Virus record (IMG/VR): IMGVR_UViG_3300025132_008118
DNA length: 64,000 nucleotides
Origin: a virus
Reading direction: 5' to 3' (one strand)
Under the pieces are notes generated by a model. The model had not been told where the DNA came from. It worked only from the letters and a program-made list of their open reading frames with translations, and searched no databases. This document shows, piece by piece, positions 63,669 through 64,000 of the stretch. A program made the translations under genes and the position numbers. Positions within the stretch are counted from its first letter, which is position 1; the number at the start of each line of letters is the position of its first letter.

Positions 63669-64000
63669 ATGCCTATAAAAATATTAAATTCAGTTAATAA
63701 TGCATTAAGAGGAGTTACTAACCCTATTAATAGTATTGTAGGTGGTTCATTAGCTCAGCCAGGATTATCATTATTTGGTACCAATTTACCAGGTTCTCCG
63801 TTAGTTAGTTTTAGAGATACATTCTTAAAAAGTTTAAGTCAGTGGAATACTTCTATACCTTTAAATACACAATTTATTGTATTAATAGACAATTTTCCAC
63901 TCGGTTTAACAACACGTATATTGAGAGATTTAGAACCAGTTGTCAATTCTACAGGTTTTGATATCGATTTACCTAAGGAAACTACAGCTAATTTTAAAAA
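63669..64000 (+). CDS. Late structural protein (partial; runs off the window end; absent from the ORF track)
   Basis: TATAAATA at 63654..63661; open frame MPIKILNSVNNALRG...; possibly baseplate-tube junction type. Confidence 0.6.
   Translation, partial: MPIKILNSVNNALRGVTNPINSIVGGSLAQPGLSLFGTNLPGSPLVSFRDTFLKSLSQWNTSIPLNTQFIVLIDNFPLGLTTRILRDLEPVVNSTGFDIDLPKETTANFK

Noticed and set aside
1-64000. Stop-codon reassignment (alternative genetic code)
   Set aside because: Core genes are full length under the standard code and end in TAA, TGA or TAG, with normal overlaps and no fragmentation.
1-64000. tRNA genes, CRISPR arrays, introns or inteins, and diversity-generating retroelements
   Set aside because: Intergenic gaps are only tens of bases. 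No cloverleaf, spaced direct repeats or reverse transcriptase were seen, and polymerase, terminase and helicase lengths leave no room for inteins. A tRNAscan/Infernal run would be needed to exclude small RNAs formally.

Overview
This is an AT-rich, gene-dense 64 kb segment of a large T4-like (myovirus-type) dsDNA phage. The T4-type core genes present are uvsY, uvsW, gp55, gp47, gp46, gp43, uvsX, gp41, gp32, gp45, rnh, gp61, gp14, gp17, gp3, gp18 and gp19. Four accessory systems stand out. (1) A 15.7 kb minus-strand cluster combines six radical SAM enzymes with glycosyltransferases and nucleotide-sugar enzymes, and lies just downstream of a late Ser/Thr/Gly-rich protein. (2) A putative nucleotide-modification set inside the replication module comprises a QueC with a degenerate Zn site, a stand-alone class II glutamine amidotransferase, a GNAT and a dATP/dGTP diphosphohydrolase-like protein, next to sugar kinase, nucleotidyltransferase and glycosyltransferase genes. 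(3) About 16 late genes encode proteins with N-termini resembling T4 capsid-targeting leaders, including a ligase-like/HxGH nucleotidyltransferase fusion and a PD-(D/E)XK nuclease, which suggests an injected protein payload. (4) Promoter spacing is very regular: TAAATA lies exactly 5 nt before the ATG in 16 genes, and TTGnnn-N16-TATAAT lies 5-8 nt before the start codon in 9 genes, with no obvious Shine-Dalgarno sites, implying mostly leaderless mRNAs. I found no tRNA, rRNA, CRISPR array, intron or intein by eye. All protein assignments come from motif recognition, not database searches.
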